Positions 1 to 11,530 of a stretch of 64,000 bases of DNA are shown here, piece by piece; position 1 is the first letter of the stretch; each line of letters begins with the position of its first letter. The notes under the pieces are model-generated. The model ran no database searches. It was given only the letters and a program-made list of their open reading frames with translations, and had not been told where the DNA came from. The DNA comes from Trichosphaerium sp. ATCC 40318. Its lineage: Eukaryota; Protista; Tubulinea. Made by a program: the position numbers and the translations under genes. Where the stretch lies: contig JALMLS010000042.1 of the NCBI GenBank assembly GCA_038496445.1, positions 1 to 64,000 on the forward strand. The letters are read 5' to 3'.

Positions 1-270
1 GTATAAAAAAGTGGTATATAAGTGGTATATACCTAAAAAAAGTGGTATAAAAAAGTGGTATATTTTTTTTTTTCTGGTGAAAAAAAGTGGTATATTTTCT
101 GTTTTTATACCTGTTTTTTTTGGTATATTGTTGGTATATTTGGTCAATATACCACTTTTTTTGGTATATTTCAGTCAAAATATACCACTTTTTTTGGTAT
201 ATACCATAAAAAACTGGTATAAAAAAGTGGTATAAAAGTGGTATATACCAAAAAAACTGGTATATTTTTT
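1..270. repeat. Low-complexity direct and inverted repeats of AAAAAAGTGGTATA / TATACCACTTTTTT
   Basis: The motif recurs many times in both orientations. The 74-aa ORF here is only its translation. Confidence 0.85.
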
Positions 271-279
271 TAGACCTGC

Positions 280-497
280 AACGTATCCAACAAGTCAACG
301 TATGTAAACATACGTTCCGAGCTCGGAACGTAACCAAACAGGTCAACGTATGTAAACGTACGTTCCAAGCTCGGAACGTATCCAAACAGGTCAACGCATG
401 TAAACATACGTCCTGAGCTCGGAACGTAATCCAAAAAAGTCAATGTATGTAAACATGAGTTCCGACCTCGGAACGTATGCGTACATACATTGACTTG
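280..497. repeat. 48-bp tandem repeat (about 4 copies) with an internal 22-bp palindrome
   Basis: GTCAA anchors at 294, 342, 390 and 439. TACGTTCCGAGCTCGGAACGTA (311-332) is a perfect palindrome. The array ends in an inverted partial copy. Confidence 0.9.
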
Positions 498-712
498 TTG
501 TATTATTAAAAATTTAAAATAAACCCATCAAAAACACATATATGCCTGTACACGATAAAGCACATAGCTAGCATTGATACACATAGAATATGTCCTCAAA
601 TGCTTTGCTATGGTGACCTATCGTTACATGCGTATACATGTGTGACAAGGTTCAACAAAAAAAATTCAAAGAAAAATTAGAGATTTAAAAAAAACCTTTA
701 AAATCAAAAAAA

Positions 713-757
713 CCCTTCCATTAGGCTTTATTTAATTAATAAAGCCTAATGGAAGGG
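713..757. repeat. Perfect 20-bp inverted repeat with a 5-nt loop
   Basis: CCCTTCCATTAGGCTTTATT (713-732) / AATAAAGCCTAATGGAAGGG (738-757). Confidence 0.9.
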
Positions 758-1036
758 GTTAAAAAAAAAAAGGAGGAAGGTGGTACCTTCTTTCTTCTTG
801 GGTATTCTCCTAGCATTTATAGGCTTTTCAGAGCCCTTAGATGTAGGAGAGTCTTCTGTGTTGTTGCTCATCCTGTGTTTTGATAAAGTCAAACTAAGAC
901 AATATCACGTGACGGCGATTGAATCACACATGCATATGTATGTCAATACCAGGGAACACCTACGTTCTTTGAAATTGATTAATAATTATAAAAAAAAAAA
1001 AAGTGTACATACATTGTTATTTATCAAATAATAAAT

Positions 1037-1198
1037 AAACATGCACTTTAGTTTTATTATGTCAATTTCATTGAATCTCTTCAAAGTTTTTATAATTCAA
1101 ACATACACTTTAGTTTTATCAAGGCTATTTCACTGAATCTGCTTAAAGTCTTTGTAATTCAAACAAACACTTTAGTTTCATGCACAATTTCAAACATG
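1037..1198. repeat. Diverged 62-bp tandem repeat (about 2.5 copies)
   Basis: CACTTTAGTTT at 1044, 1106 and 1168. Confidence 0.8.
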
Positions 1199-1399
1199 CA
1201 ATTGACATTGTTGATGACAATTGTGTATGTGGACAATAGTAAGAAAATAATGAGAAAAATGCAAAATTATGACAAGGACTAATCTTTATGACCCTTGTAA
1301 CATACGAAAATTCCTACATGCAATAGCATGTGGCAAAATTAGCTCAGAACGTTACTAACAAGCAAATGTAAGGTTTGAAAAAAAAAATAGTAGCAGACT

Positions 1400-1571
1400 C
1401 CTAAACCCTAACCCCTAACCCTAATTGGCTTTTAGGATATAACTTTAATCGTTATTTTAATCTATTAGGGCTAGGGTTTTTGGCTGGAATTGCAATCTGT
1501 GATTTAGGGCTAGGGTTAGGTTTACAACCCTAATGACTTTTGGGATCTTCTGTTAGCTAGGGTTAGGGTTA
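1400..1571. repeat. Degenerate telomere-like (CCCTAA/TTAGGG) repeats in both orientations
   Basis: CCTAAACCCTAACCCCTAACCCTAA at 1400-1424, TTAGGGCTAGGGTTAGG near 1504, TAGGGTTAGGGTTA at 1558-1571. Confidence 0.7.
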
Positions 1572-1922
1572 AGAGCAAACTTCAATCTATTGGAATGAAG
1601 ATTTTAAGTAAGATTATTTTATACTACCTTGCATTGACTATAAAGTTTACACATAATAGAGTACGCATTAGGGTAAACAATATTTTTCCCTATTATTTCA
1701 TCACTATACTTGTATTCCCATATTTTACTTTATTTTGCATAATTTAAAATTAAAGCCATTTATTAAATTTTAGTTTCTGTTATTAGGTTTATACAAAGTT
1801 GTTGGTAAAACCAAATTGTAATTTTTCGAAGTTAAAGTTTACTTTTACTCAAAGCTGGTTTATTAAAAGTTACACAAAAGCATCCAATTTTATTTCACAT
1901 GGTATAACCCAACAAATACTTT

Positions 1923-4253
1923 CTATTCTACATATGGTACAGGCCTTACATTAATATGGAAAAAATAAACTTCTGGTATTTGTCCCTGAAGTTGATGTGT
2001 TAGTATGAAACCCAATCCTGTGAGGCTGTACCTGGCGCACATCTGTGCCATTTGTTGACGCAGGGCTGTCTTGGAATGTAAATGTGACATCACCAACTGT
2101 CACTGATCCCTTACCACCCAAGTCAATAAAATAAGTTTTACCACCTGCGAATGTGTTGGTAAGCCACACTTATTAAGACATGAAAATATTAACTAGGCCA
2201 TCTATTCTAACCTGATATTGTAGCCTTCGCTGTGTATCGCTTTCCTGGTGAAAGACGTAATTTCTTGTCAAAGAATATCTGTTGCACAGCAGTGTCGCCA
2301 CTGTTGAATTCTGTAGATGTTTTATACAATATCTGCCACAACAATTAGCCATCTTGTTGCTACAACAATGTGTACCTTGGTTCCTGAACGCAGTTCCACA
2401 TCAACAAGATACTCACCATTGCCACCTACAATCAACACCTGTTAGTAACACTGTAAGGCAGTGCCAGTCAAGTACCGAGCAATCCAATGCCTGCTATTGT
2501 GACCGGTTTATCAACAACAATGTCTATGTAATGTAAGAGATTGACAGCGCAAAATAGCGGGAGGTACATACCTATCGCATCTGCAGATGCACCGTTGTGG
2601 TACCAATTAGCAGTTCGTGAAATTTCGCCACCTGTTGAGTAGCATGTTACAAAAATGATGTAATAGATTGGTTTGTAAAGAATGGATAAATCCATCCAAC
2701 ATGTACCTCTGTTTATAGTCAAACAAATACTCTTGCGGCGCTGTGGTTTACGAATATTCGCCAAGGGTATGTTCTCAATAGATGACTGCTTGTAGAAGAG
2801 AGCCTCACACAAACACTTGTACACTTGCGGATAATCTTGCAAGTACCTGTTTTGATACACCAGCGTCCATAACTCTTCAGTGTCCATAAACGCAAACCTC
2901 ACACATGGAAGAAGTTCAGGAAGATGCTCCATGCGAGTATCCTTAAATAGATATATTAACAACAATACAAACAGAGAAATATACTATTTGGTGCCATACC
3001 AAATCTGCTGTAAGCCATTTAATGACAGCATTGAACACAACGGCCTCTGATGATACAGATAAATCATCACGTCTCAGGAACTGCTTTAGACTCTCGCAAT
3101 CAATATCCGCAAAAAATGTTCCTTCTAACAATTCACCAAAACGATCTGCGATGAACTTCATAGCAACCTCCTTCAACTTTTCTGTTCCATCTATTTGACA
3201 GCTAAATGCAAAAGTAAACAAATTTGGGGAAGGTAATAGCGATAGTACGTACCTTAAGGAGAAGATAGAGCAACAATTAACTGGATTGATAGCCTTTGAT
3301 AGGTACTCCAAGCTCACCGACATTAAATCTGAAACCTCATACTACCAACCAGTTTAGTAATTGGCAGGAATAAATAACATTCTGCACAACTTTGTGACGG
3401 TTTTTTTTTGTTCCGGTGAAAAAACAAACCAAAAAACCGCGTACCTTGTTCGCTAGGCGTATTAAACCGAAGGCCTGCTCTAAAGGAAAGGTGATTTTGC
3501 CTGTGTACATAAAATTGAGCATCATTTCAAAGTCATCGTAGTCGTCTTCGGGCAGTTCTATTCGCTTCTTCTTTGACTCAATCATTGCTAAAATATATAA
3601 AGTCATTACACGCGAAAAGTAGACAGAGGAACTCGTCGTTTAGTGAACAAAATGAGAATGCTGTTAAAAAGAGAAGTTCGCAAAGCAATTGGGCGCGTTA
3701 TTTGCAAAGTACGCACAAGCCATTACCACAGCACAAAAAACGAGGTTTAGACAAATAATACAAAAAAAACGAAGTAACACGTGCACCAAGAGGCGCGCGA
3801 GTAACGTGTACCAATTAAATACAGTTTTGTTATAAAAAAAACGGCAGCCAAATTACAGTTTTCATATCACGTGTTGGTTTACGCTGCCCTTACGGTCGCC
3901 TACAAAGGAGCGCCGTAGGATAAAAACCCATGGTTCAATTTTTTAGTTTTCAACGTACTGGACGAAAACATGGCGTGGAATACTTTAGAGTGCGCCGCCA
4001 CTATTGCGCGATGAGCGTAGAGATTTTGGGACTGTGAATCATAGTTGGGAAAGGTAAAGATAACGTCAGCGAATTCTTCGTGGTTGAATATCTTGCTGAT
4101 AGTTTTTTGAAGCGAATTAGGAACTTCTATATGAATTGGTTTTTCTTCTTCGTCTGGATCTGCTGCGATTACATCAACGGGTACCTGTGACTCCAATTAC
4201 GACCTTCAAATGCTAATTTTCCTTGTTTGTACCTCATTTTCTTCCTCTGCCAT
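1923..4253 (-). CDS. BTB-BACK-PHR domain protein (BTBD1/2/3/6-like Cul3 adaptor), multi-exon
   Basis: BTB (FADVIFTF...AHRAIVAAHSKVFHAMF), BACK (LRRDDLSVSSEAVVFNAVIKW, LLPCVRF) and a spliced C-terminus STNGTDVRQ|GQIPEVYF typical of PHR. Confidence 0.85.
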
Positions 4254-4495
4254 CTTGGGCGTAACTAACGACGTAAATATACAATCTTGGTTGTCGTAGT
4301 ACAGTTAGACTGTGTTTTGATGAGTTGTGACTCAGCCAGGAACTAAAATGTAAAAAACAATAAAAACGGTCCGCCAAAACCAAAAATATCCAAAAAAAAA
4401 AAAACACATCAAAAAAAAAGCCATACACCACCGATTCGAATAATCAACGCCTACACAACGCTCGTACGTGAATACAAAAGCCAAAGCAAGTGTTT

Positions 4496-5560
4496 ATGGG
4501 CGTTGCAAAGAGCAAATTTGAACGGGTCACGATTGACCCCAATACCCTCGAGTACCAACTGAACATACCTCTAGAAGTACTACAGAATGACGTAGCCGGT
4601 AAACTATTGCCACGTGATCTGAGCAGCTTCAGAACCGCCTGTAAACAAGCGTATGCGGCAGTAATGGGCTCTTATCACTGGATAAAGGCGTATGGAGTTC
4701 CAGTAGAACATGTTGCAGGTGGAACTTCAGGTGATCAGTGTGGGCCGCTACAAAAAGTTAAATTAGGCCCTGTTATTGGAATGGACGCAGATTGTAGCGG
4801 TAATATTGCTCTAGTGGACAGAAGTGAAAGCTCTCCAAAGTATCTTGTTCTGAACACGCGAATTTCAAGACAAAGCGTCAAACAATACGAAGTTCCAGAC
4901 ACTGAACGACAGCACAGTTCAAACCCATCGACAGTGGCCACCCACCCAACAGAAGCGTTGGCGTATGTTGTATTTGGCAGACGAGTGTTGTGCGTTAACT
5001 TCGCTGACAAAACAGCTGAATTTATTGGATTCGTGGACATGATGCATGCTCACATGGTTGTAACTCACGATGGTAAGCATTTGTTGGTGTTTGGAGGAGC
5101 ATGGAAGAACACGATTGTGTTTAGGCAGACAACAAAACCGTTCGGCAATGGTAAAGACACTCAGTTTCAACTACCTACAAACACAATCATTGAAAGTATA
5201 TGCAGAGCACTAAAAAAAGACGACTACTATGTTGTGCACAATGGACCCAAACAACGAGGTCTCTGTGATGCGACCATATCAAGACTGTCAAATTTCAAAT
5301 ATCCACGTGGTGAAGATTGTAGTTTAGATACTCTGGCAACCATTAAAAACATTGATGGCGCTGTAAAGATTGCTGCAGATTCTGCCGGAAGAATTTATGT
5401 TGCAACGAGAAGACGAGGTGTATGGATTGTTGACGGAAGGAGAACGTGTCAGATCACAAAACGTGTCAAAATGATACAAAATCTGACATGTGTTAATGAT
5501 ACATGTTATTTTGCGTATGGAAGTACACAGACAGGTGTTATTGCACGTATTGCTGATTGA
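4496..5560 (+). CDS. Intronless F-box plus beta-propeller (NHL/SMP-30-like) protein
   Basis: F-box-like LNIPLEVLQNDVAGKLLPRDLSSFRTACKQ; blade-like IAADSAGRIYVAT. Confidence 0.6.
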   Translation: MGVAKSKFERVTIDPNTLEYQLNIPLEVLQNDVAGKLLPRDLSSFRTACKQAYAAVMGSYHWIKAYGVPVEHVAGGTSGDQCGPLQKVKLGPVIGMDADCSGNIALVDRSESSPKYLVLNTRISRQSVKQYEVPDTERQHSSNPSTVATHPTEALAYVVFGRRVLCVNFADKTAEFIGFVDMMHAHMVVTHDGKHLLVFGGAWKNTIVFRQTTKPFGNGKDTQFQLPTNTIIESICRALKKDDYYVVHNGPKQRGLCDATISRLSNFKYPRGEDCSLDTLATIKNIDGAVKIAADSAGRIYVATRRRGVWIVDGRRTCQITKRVKMIQNLTCVNDTCYFAYGSTQTGVIARIAD

Positions 5561-5699
5561 CTATGAAACAGTTGCGAGGTTGTATTTTTTTCTAACAACA
5601 GCTATTTTGTTAATACATATACGACTGTTTATTAATGTAACATATATAAATTCTAATTCGGGGGTGGATTTTTTTTTTCGTATCATCTTTACTTGCGTG

Positions 5700-6553
5700 T
5701 CAGAGTAGTGCGCAATTGCAATATGATTCTTGTTTCTGGTATTCGTCTTCATTTGTATCGGTCTTTTTAAAAAAAGTTGTGTCCTACAAAAGTATGCGTG
5801 AGTCCCCTCCACGTGGGTACAAACTTGAGTTTGTACAAATGTAGCGTACTTGTGAACGGTCAACGGCTATGGCCACAATCTCTGTAGTCTGCAATAACTC
5901 AGTTATGCCATGTTTTGAAATCTCTGATGAATCGCTGACTTGTTGTTGTATCATTGATATTCGATCAGCTCTCGAATCAAAAGAAAAATACCGCTATCAA
6001 AATGCATCAGTTAGGATACAATAAGTAGGTGTGCAACAAGAAAAGTCCAAAACAGCGGTATCTAAATGACATTTTGAAGCTGGTTGGTGACTAGCACACT
6101 GCGTTGTGAAGAACGCAAACGCCATCAATAACAAAAAAGCGCTCCCCGAAAGATATAAAGTCGAATACGTACCATTTGTTGTTGCATTATACGACTGAAA
6201 TCGTTATTCATTTGTAGGGCTTTCGCTGTCTCTATGCTACCACCAAAAACGCTCCCAAACTGTTGACTTATTTGCCAAAGGAACCCAAAGTTACGCTGTT
6301 GACCTAAAGATGCATCGCTCAAGCATAGAAACGCAATATTGTCCTCTATTCTGATGCAAAACTTGTATTTCTCGTTGTATGTGTAAACAAGGTTCTTTGT
6401 GCCGCCGGCATGCTGTCCAAACACTTTTTCTACAATCATCAACGCAACTTGCGGAAAATTGCCTTGAGCTTCAGCATGCTCTGCGAGGACTACAGTGCGT
6501 CGAGAAATCGCAGAGTAAATAATTGCCGGCTTTGGTTGCGTTTCCGTGGCCAT
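5700..6553 (-). CDS. VAMP7-type longin protein with a degenerate SNARE motif and C-terminal CaaX (3 exons)
   Basis: Longin domain (IIYSAISRRTVVLAEH...KALQMNNDFSRIM). The spliced product ends DTTFFKKTDTNEDEYQKQESYCNCALL-stop. Confidence 0.8.
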
Positions 6554-6741
6554 TGGCTGAAAGTAATTGCAAATTTGTTTACTTTCCTTTTTGGTTCAAA
6601 ACATTGGAACTATCAACAACAAATTTTAATCACATACACAATAAAAGTGTCACGATCATAGTTTCGACGCTCGTGTTCGGAAAAAAATACAATAGTGTGA
6701 CTACTTTTTCTTTGACTTTAAAAATTTCTTATTAGTTTTAA

Positions 6742-8606
6742 TTAGTTCTCTTTCTTTGCCTTTGGTTCTTCTGAGCTCAATACTGAGGCTTTATTAGCTA
6801 ATAGAAACCCAACTGAAAGTGCAAGTATCTTGTGAATTGGGTAAGTTAGTGAGTAATTGAGTACGATTTGGCATACCGAAAATACGTAGAACGGCACTTG
6901 AGGATAGTGCGCCAATGACCATGTGGCCGCAATTGGACCAATAATAGCACCACCATTCATCAAGCTCTCATTCAAACCCATAATCTTTCCTTGTGCAGCA
7001 GAAGAGCCTCGCTTTGATATACAACCTACACAGAAGTTAGCCATTGCATAGAGCGATAATCTAATACTCACCAAGGACTATTGGTTGAAGTAGGAAAGCA
7101 AATGCCATTCCAACGGCTGTAAAGGCGGTGAAGAGTGTTGTATCTTCGCCAATAAAGAGGAGCATAATATTACTCACAGACACTATTGCTGTACTGAGCA
7201 TGACTGTTCCCCAAGTACCAAGAGTTGACAAAAAGACACCCATGCAAGCCTAATTCCTTGTTTGTCTCTGAACTGGAAAAACCAATATCATACCTGTGCT
7301 ACTGTTGCAGATAATCCTCCAACAACAAACACAACACTAAGAATTAGAGAGTTAGCCGTACATAGCTAAAAGCAATAGAGAAATACCTTCGGTCTTGAGG
7401 TGTCATACCAAGAGCTACACGTCCATATTCACCATACACTGTTAATGTACTGACGCCCAAAAGCATAATGAACACGTGTGCAAGCATCACTGGTCTAAGG
7501 GCACCATTTTCAGCCTTCCAAAGACCTGAAATAGCATCTGCTATGCTTATAGACTCGACTGGTTTGGCTGGCCCACCACGTATACTCTCATCACTCTTCT
7601 ATGTCACGTGGTTAATTGCTTTTGTTACTTCACCTTTTTATTTATGAGAAAACCCATACCTTTGATTCAGGAACCAGAATCAACACGAACAAAAACGCAA
7701 ATATCTCCAAACAACATCCAGCGCCTGAGATCGCTCTAAGAGTTTTGATTAAAATCTACAACACTTCCACTCAACTTGCCTGAATGAATAGTATTTAGTT
7801 GCCCATCCAGAACCAGCAACAGCAAGAATAAAACCAATACCTGAGCTTCAAAGTGAACACAATGATTTAGAAATTATGACATACTTAGCATAGCACCATT
7901 AATGCTAAAGTACATTGTACGCTCTTTGGCAGATGCTGTAATATCGCTTATGTACGAATTTGACGAAGACACTAACAAGAAATTTACTACCACTGACACG
8001 TGCTCCAAAACGCATCAAATACGTACAACCCAAACGCGTAAAACCATATATGATTCTTCCAATGATGTAAATGTACACTGAAGACGTAACAGCCTGTAGT
8101 TAAGTTTCGATTAGCAAAGGTTACGGGGAAATGGGTCTACCTCTATGCCTAATGCGATCGCTCCGCCGGCACACAATAAAAGTATAACCTATGCAACGTG
8201 AGTGTCATTTTGAAAGTACAGAAATAGTGCCACGTACTGGCTTTCTGCCAATCTTGTCAGACAAGCTGCCAATCACAGGCGACGCGAGGGTAGTTACGAG
8301 AGCTCTTTAGTTTGTATTTTAAGTAATCTGACATCTATTTTCAAACGTACCGCATAGAAACCATATAATTCGCTTGTAACGCAGTTAGACCTGAGTGTTA
8401 GTGAGTTATTAAAAGTTACACGTTGTAATTGTCACTAAAACAGTCTAACCAAGGTTTTTCATTAACATATCAACCTACATAAGTGAGAAAACGCTCTATT
8501 GGGTTATGTTATTGATACTCACATAAAATGGTACTGTAATGCTCGCGGCAATACATTCTATCAATAAATAGATAGAAATCAAAATCTTAGGGCTGATAAA
8601 GGCCAT
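6742..8606 (-). CDS. Major facilitator superfamily transporter (TetA/MFSD14-like), multi-exon
   Basis: Motif A GSLSDKIGRKP, SYISDIT, QGKIMGLNESLMNGGAIIGP; many hydrophobic helices. Confidence 0.85.
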
Positions 8607-8904
8607 GATGGGGTTTAACGGCTTTAATACAAACCAAATATTCAAACAAAGTAAAAACGACTGATTCGCGAAGCACAAACAATAAAGAGCGATATACAAC
8701 TTGTAGGGTAATGATTATTTTATTTTAAATACAAGGCAGTCTGCCTGTGTTTTTTGCAAAAAGCAACTGACACATTATTTATTGAATAATTATGTCACAA
8801 CTGTTGCGTTTTGTTCGCTCTCTTAGTGGTACTGTATGACCTAATCACATTAGTACAACGTCCCGAAATGATGAGAAGGGTTGCAAGTGTTTTGATAAGG
8901 ATAA

Positions 8905-9008
8905 ACGTCAGAGTAACTATGACTATAATCGGTCGTCACGACTTTTGGCAAGATAGGTCCCAAAAAACTTGGGTTATACATGCTCGGAATAGTAAAGGGT
9001 CATCACGA
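8905..9008 (-). ncRNA. Box C/D snoRNA, snR63/SNORD46-type (LSU rRNA Am, yeast A2256 equivalent)
   Basis: Box C GTGATGA (9006-9000), C' GTGACGA, and a 13-nt guide AGTCATAGTTACT directly before box D CTGA. The guide is complementary to conserved LSU AGUAACUAUGACU; the D+5 rule selects the A before CUAUG. Confidence 0.85.
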
Positions 9009-9239
9009 GAAGGTAAAATGTTGTGCAACAAACAAAACTTGAGAAAAAATTTGCAAGGAAAAAAAGGAGTAAATGGCCTGTATGAAAGCGTACCATAAAA
9101 TAGCTGCGAATTGCAAGGGTTTCCACTGTTCAAAAATTTTGTAGCGTTGACAAGTGTCACTTAGCTCTTACTCTAGTCTGATCGATAAGTAAGTAGGCGT
9201 CGGTATTAAAGTAAAAAGAGCTTTTGATTGCTTGTTTGG

Positions 9240-9311
9240 ACCTCAGCAATGTGAAAAATCAACATGATCCTTACAGATGGTAGTAGTAGCTTTTCAGTAA
9301 CATCATATGGT
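9240..9311 (-). ncRNA. Candidate box C/D snoRNA
   Basis: Terminal stem ACC/GGT, C-like ATGATGT, D'-like CTGT, C'-like ATGTTGA and D CTGA within 72 nt. Short rRNA complementarities (TCACATTG to LSU CAAUGUGA; TACTACCAT to an SSU AUGGUAGUA variant). Confidence 0.55.
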
Positions 9312-9658
9312 TTTGAAAGAAAAAACGGAACGAGCAAAGAAAAATATCGTACCAAAGAAAAAGAGAAGAAGCGAGCTTGTTATAAATACCACTTGCGTAG
9401 CGTGTCGCGTAAGGAATGGGTACGGCAGCAACTATGGTCATCTAGATTAATGCCTTGTTGCTTTACCACATACTACTAGGCTTTTTACGCATTTTGCGCT
9501 CTTTCTTGCCTTTGCAGGAGTGCGAGGTGTTGTGTTGGAGAAAGAAGCATTTTGAGAATGAAAGTTGAGCAAAATTCGGTCAGAGTTGAAAAATATGTAC
9601 CGGATTTTTTAGGAGTCAGATACTCAAATTAAAACCAATCTACAAACACTTACATCAT

Positions 9659-11310
9659 ATGGAGGGACGTAATTTGCTATCCGGGATAGAAGTTAGGCAA
9701 GAAGACCAACCTGAGATTGTAGAAAAGGTACGGTTGTTAGTATTAGCCTTGCTCTACGCGTTGGATACAGTTTTTAACTGTTCCTTTGCCAGGAAGAGGT
9801 TGTTCGCACCCGACACGGACCCGTCAAAGTAGTCGTTCAAGGAGACAACCCTAAAGATACTATCATAACGTATCATGACGTCGGCTTGAATTGTACGATA
9901 ATTGTTAAAAACGTCGTGTTAAAACGACGACACGCTTGGTTCTTTGTTAACACAAGCCGTCTTTGTTGTTGACTGTACTTACTTGCAACTATAGATCGTA
10001 CATGCTTCAAGCCGTTCGTGAATCACCCAAAGATTCAACATATGTTCGCTCACTTCCGTGTAATCCATATAAACGCGCCTGGGCAAGAAGTACGCTAACA
10101 CTTGGAAAAAAAAGACTGTCTTTTGTCTTTTGTTAACGTTTCTCTTTTAAAGGATGAAGCGGAGAAGACAAAGTACAGGGACAAATATCCGAATATGGAA
10201 GGATTGGCAGAACAAGTTGAAGACATTGTGCAGTATTACGGGTATGTTTGAATCGGGTAGATGCGCTCAAACAAGTTGTACTGATAGACGAAAAATAGTG
10301 TGAAGTACATGGTAGGCATGGGCGTAGGAGCAGGCGCAAACGTTTTGATGCAACATGCTGTATGCATTAGTAAATGCAACCTCTATTTTTGACACTTAAC
10401 AGGTCAAGTATCCAAAATATGTAAGAGGTCTTATTTTAATCAGCCCTGATGAGGTACGTACTTGGTCAAGTTTAAAAAAAATCCTGGTTAGTAACAAGGT
10501 CTTTAGCTTATACCAAATTGGCTTGAATGGTCATTCTTGATGGTGCGTGTTTCGATTATACCTTAACAATTAATAACTTGCTTTAAGAGCTCCTTGTCTG
10601 CGCTGAGTTGGGTCGGTGTAACGAACTATGTAACGAACTACTTGTTGCAAAGATATTTTTCTATTGTATGTTACTTTTTGGTTTTGTTTAACAATTGAAG
10701 CTAACTGCTTCACACAGAAGACTTACAACACAAATACTGATCTATGTGAATCAACAAGGAGGCACATAAAGGGATTGAAGGCTAACAACCTACACAAGTA
10801 CTTGAAGGCCCACGCATAGTACGTCCTAGTACCACTTCGCAATTAGTTATTTTTTTTCTTTCGTTCCACCTCGTGAATAACATCATTGTGTAGCAGGAAG
10901 GATTTGACAAAAGAAATTAAAGACTTCAAGGGACGCACTATGGTTTTCGTCGGTAAAGGTAGCTTACAAGAAGAAGGTATGCTTAACTTCGCTGTCATCT
11001 GATTTTGTTGCTAAAACCAAATTAATTTAGGTGCTATTGATATTAACTCTGGCATCGGCAGGCCTGGGGATTCGTCTCTCCTAGAGATAGAGGATAGAAG
11101 TGGGTTGATTACAACAGAAGATCCAGAAGTACTTGCAGAGCCTCTCATGTTGTACTTTGGTGGTCTAGGGTATTAGTCCTTGCTCTGTTTTTTGCTACAG
11201 ATTCTTACAATGTTAGATACTACTTGAGACCAGCTGCAGTTCGTAATCCTGAAGAAGAAGAAAAAGAACAAGATGAAGAAGACAAATCAGACGAAGAGGG
11301 CGAAGAATGA
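9659..11310 (+). CDS. NDRG/Ndr family alpha/beta-hydrolase-fold protein, many short exons
   Basis: VVRTRHGPVKVVVQGD..IITYHDVGLN, HINAPGQE, GMGVGAGANVL; acidic tail. Confidence 0.85.
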
Positions 11311-11530
11311 ACGTGGTTGCGCTAGTATTATTTGTAAATAATAAACTTTTTTTTTATTCTTGACACCTTGTTCGAGTTCTCAGTGTTTCTTTTGCGTCCG
11401 TGGCCCAACATAATCTTTGCTTCATGATTGTGGGGTCGACTTTGCGTTCAGCAAAAACCGTGATGTTAAGTCCACTCAAACGAAAGCAAATTGTTTAAAA
11501 ACTCATTGAAACGCCCACACTACGCCAAAA

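Noticed and set aside
280-497. CRISPR-like array (palindromic repeat with regular period)
   Set aside because: The intervening sequences are copies of each other rather than unique spacers; no cas genes; eukaryotic context.
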